DNA of 64,000 nt from an uncultured delta proteobacterium (GTDB taxonomy: Bacteria > Myxococcota_A > Polyangia > Haliangiales > Haliangiaceae). The notes under the pieces are model-generated. The model did no database searches and had not been told where the DNA came from. It saw only the letters and a list, made by a program, of their open reading frames with translations. The stretch is taken from the NCBI GenBank assembly GCA_963848295.1, contig CAWKDB010000010.1, forward strand, positions 2,880,001 through 2,944,000, given 5' to 3'. Position numbers and translations under genes: made by a program. How positions within the stretch are numbered: the first letter of the stretch is position 1; each line of letters begins with the position of its first letter. Positions 61,455 to 64,000 of this stretch are shown piece by piece.

Positions 61455-63449
61455 CTATCTCCGGCGCTTCTTGCGCCTGCGCGAGCGAGGTTGCTCGCTC
61501 GTCGTTCCGGCTTCGGCCGGCGCGGCGAGGGTCTCGCTGTCATCGCCGTCGCCGGCGTCGTCGCCTGCTTCAGCTTCCGTGGGTTCGCTCGGGACATCGA
61601 GCACGAGCTTCGGCTTGGCGTTCTTACCGGTCGTCGACTTGCCGTTGCCGTTCGAGGCGGACTTCTTGCCGGCCTTCGCGATTTCCTTCACTTCGACATC
61701 GATCACCGGCTTCGCCGCCGCGGCGGCCTTGTTCTTCTTGATCATCGCGGCGATCGCGAGACTCTTCTTGTCGAACTTGTTCATGTAGACCGAGTGCACG
61801 GCGGTCAGCAGCGTGTTCGTCATCCAGTACAGCGACAGGCCGGCCGGGAACATGAACGACATCGTGCCGAACATGATCGGCATGCCGTACTTCATGATGT
61901 TCTGCTGCATCTTCTGCGAAGGATCGTCGTTCATCGGCTGCAAGCGCGCCTGGACGAACATCGTCACGACCAGCGCGACCGGCAGCACGTAGTACGGATC
62001 GCGCGCCGTCAGATCATCGATCCAGCCGCTGATGAACGGCCGGCGATAGAGCTCGCCCGCGGCCTGGAGCGTCCGATACAGCGCGATCCAGATCGGCATC
62101 TGCGCGAACATCGGCAGACAGCCGAGCACCGGGTTGACCTCGTGCTGCTTGTACAGCGCCATGGTCTCGACCTGGAGGCGCTGCTTGTCGCCCTTGTACT
62201 TCTCGTTGAGCGCCTTCATCTGCGGGCCGAGCGCGGCCATCGCCTTCATCGAGCGCATCGACTTGGTCGTCCAGTACAGCGTCGCGGCCTTGACCGTGAT
62301 CGTCAGCATGATGATCGCGACACCCCAGTTGCCGACGACGCTGAAGAACTGCTGGAGCAGCCACAGCAGCGGCTTGCCGATGAAGCCGAACCAGCCGAGG
62401 TCGATCGTGGTGTTGAAGTCGGTCTCGAACCCCGCGACCTGATCGACGTGGGCCAGCAGGTCGACGTTCTTGGGCCCGAGATAGCCAACGACTTCGTGAC
62501 TGATCGAGGGCGAGCCCTTGTCGAAGTTCTTCTGCGGATAGAGCAGATCGGTCTGCATCAGGCCGGTGGGATCGGCGCGCGTGTGCTTGTCGACCGGCTC
62601 GCCCGGGTCGGGCTTCGGCGCGAACGCGACGAGCAAGAACGGATGCTCGAAGCCGGTCCACCGAATGTTGCGTTCGTAGCGCGCGCCTTCGCGGAGATCT
62701 TTGTAACCGGTCGAGACCTCGGAGCCGTCGCGATACGTCGACGACTCCCAGACTCGCGCTGCCACCCGGCCCGAGCCGCTGTCGATCGTCTTCGGATCTT
62801 GGAAGCCGAAGCTCGTGATCTGCAGCGTCTCGTGCGCTTCCTTGTCGCCGTCGACCTTGACCTTGACCTTGACCGTCATCTTGACGAGGTAGGCTTCGGG
62901 ATCGAGCGTGAACGTCTTCTCGACGTCGAGCTCGGGCGTCGAGATCTTGTAGATGACCGTATGGTCGTCGACTTTCGTGCCGCTCCATTCGCTGCGCGCC
63001 GGGAGCACGTACGTCGACGGGGTGTACGTGCGATCGAAGTTGACCGCGAACGCCCCGGTGCCGGGTTGGGTCGGCAGAAGCTCGCCCTTGCCGGGCAGCG
63101 ACGCATCGCTCTGGTAGCGCTCGTCGGTCAGGTGCCACTTCGCGAGCACGCCGCCGTAGCTCGAGAACGTCGCGACGACGTTGGGATACTTCAGCGTGAT
63201 GAGCTGTTCCTCGCCGAGCTTCACATCGGACGGCGCCGTAGGCACGAGTGGCGCGTTCGACGGCGTCGGAGCCGCGTTCGTGCCGGGGTTGGTGGTCGTC
63301 CCCGCGCCGGATCCGTTCGCGACCGCCGCCGAGCCCGAGCCCTGCGCTGGAGCGGGTGGCGGCGCCTTCTGGAAAAACTTCGACCAGGCGAGCATGACGA
63401 GAAAAGCCAGCCCGACGGCGAGTAGCAACCGCTTGCCTTGGTCCTGCAT
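61455..63449 (-). CDS. yidC: Membrane protein insertase YidC
   Basis: [51 protein letters not shown]. Confidence 0.96.
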   Translation of the reverse strand: MQDQGKRLLLAVGLAFLVMLAWSKFFQKAPPPAPAQGSGSAAVANGSGAGTTTNPGTNAAPTPSNAPLVPTAPSDVKLGEEQLITLKYPNVVATFSSYGGVLAKWHLTDERYQSDASLPGKGELLPTQPGTGAFAVNFDRTYTPSTYVLPARSEWSGTKVDDHTVIYKISTPELDVEKTFTLDPEAYLVKMTVKVKVKVDGDKEAHETLQITSFGFQDPKTIDSGSGRVAARVWESSTYRDGSEVSTGYKDLREGARYERNIRWTGFEHPFLLVAFAPKPDPGEPVDKHTRADPTGLMQTDLLYPQKNFDKGSPSISHEVVGYLGPKNVDLLAHVDQVAGFETDFNTTIDLGWFGFIGKPLLWLLQQFFSVVGNWGVAIIMLTITVKAATLYWTTKSMRSMKAMAALGPQMKALNEKYKGDKQRLQVETMALYKQHEVNPVLGCLPMFAQMPIWIALYRTLQAAGELYRRPFISGWIDDLTARDPYYVLPVALVVTMFVQARLQPMNDDPSQKMQQNIMKYGMPIMFGTMSFMFPAGLSLYWMTNTLLTAVHSVYMNKFDKKSLAIAAMIKKNKAAAAAKPVIDVEVKEIAKAGKKSASNGNGKSTTGKNAKPKLVLDVPSEPTEAEAGDDAGDGDDSETLAAPAEAGTTSEQPRSRRRKKRRR

Positions 63450-63788
63450 TCAGTGCTGCTCCTGCACGTGGTCGCGACATCGATGGCCCGCACCCGCGCC
63501 CGGCCGGCGGTGCCGCCGGACAACCGCACGACGCGGCACGGGATCGTGCCCGCCCCGCGCAAACGGGTTGCAGCGCAAGATCCGCCAGCTCGCGAGCGCG
63601 ATGCCGACGATGATGCCGCGCTCGCGCACTGCGGTGACCGCGTACTCCGAGCACGTCGGCACGTAGCGGCACGTCGGCGCGCGCTTCATCGGCGACAACA
63701 CTCGACGGTAGAAGCGAATCGGCAGCAATACGAGCCAGACCAGCGCTTGGTGAAAGCGCCGCGCGATCGGCTCTAGCGTGCGGGTCAT
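63450..63788 (-). CDS. yidD: Membrane protein insertion efficiency factor
   Basis: [26 protein letters not shown]. Confidence 0.93.
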   Translation of the reverse strand: MTRTLEPIARRFHQALVWLVLLPIRFYRRVLSPMKRAPTCRYVPTCSEYAVTAVRERGIIVGIALASWRILRCNPFARGGHDPVPRRAVVRRHRRPGAGAGHRCRDHVQEQH

Positions 63789-64000
63789 GCGATCTGTTTG
63801 AGGAAGCGGTCGAGGTCAGGCGCGAAATCGTCGGGGTGAACCTGCCTTGCCGCCGAGGTCTTGGCAACAAGCACGATGTCCCACCCGTCGGGGACCCAGC
63901 CATGCTGGCGAATCCACTCGCGTACGAGGCGCCTGATCCGGTTGCGAGTTACCGCGTTCCCTACTTTCTTGGTCACCGTGATTCCGAGCCTTCCGATCAG
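63785..64000 (-). CDS. rnpA: RNase P protein component (5' end outside window)
   Basis: [25 protein letters not shown] (RNR motif). Confidence 0.92.
   Translation of the reverse strand: MIGRLGITVTKKVGNAVTRNRIRRLVREWIRQHGWVPDGWDIVLVAKTSAARQVHPDDFAPDLDRFLKQIA

Overview
High-GC bacterial chromosomal segment. A Myxococcota origin is inferred from gene content (FHA/TPR, DUF4388 and Pro-rich Hsp70 proteins) and was not tested. It probably lies next to oriC: the right end carries rnpA-yidD-yidC-jag-mnmE, followed by bioF-bioA-bioD, two parS palindromes and rsmG. Most genes are housekeeping (pit, tdk, sdaA, serA, a UvrD/Rep helicase, hisBHAF-IE, a DinG helicase, folK, rnhB, an ECF sigma/anti-sigma pair, mutM, rsmA, tsaD). 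The most unusual signals are as follows. (1) A dispersed ~25-bp repeat occurs as eight direct-repeat doublets in two subtypes with characteristic periods (65 and 74 bp); at six loci it begins at a stop codon, and two doublets bracket rsmA as a ~100-bp inverted repeat. (2) A polar ~50-bp tandem array sits between two parS sites. (3) An M48 peptidase / dynamin-like GTPase / TPR-dynamin fusion operon is present. (4) A 95-bp duplication at the hisA/hisF junction creates a translationally coupled 32-aa mini-ORF. (5) A 1263-aa orphan protein looks like a secreted effector. (6) An Hsp70 has a long Pro-rich insert, and a DUF4388 regulator has an Asp-to-Glu pseudo-receiver. Frameshifts in dinG, bioA, mnmE and an MmcQ-like gene are most likely sequencing indels. 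No tRNA, rRNA, CRISPR array or transposase was recognised.
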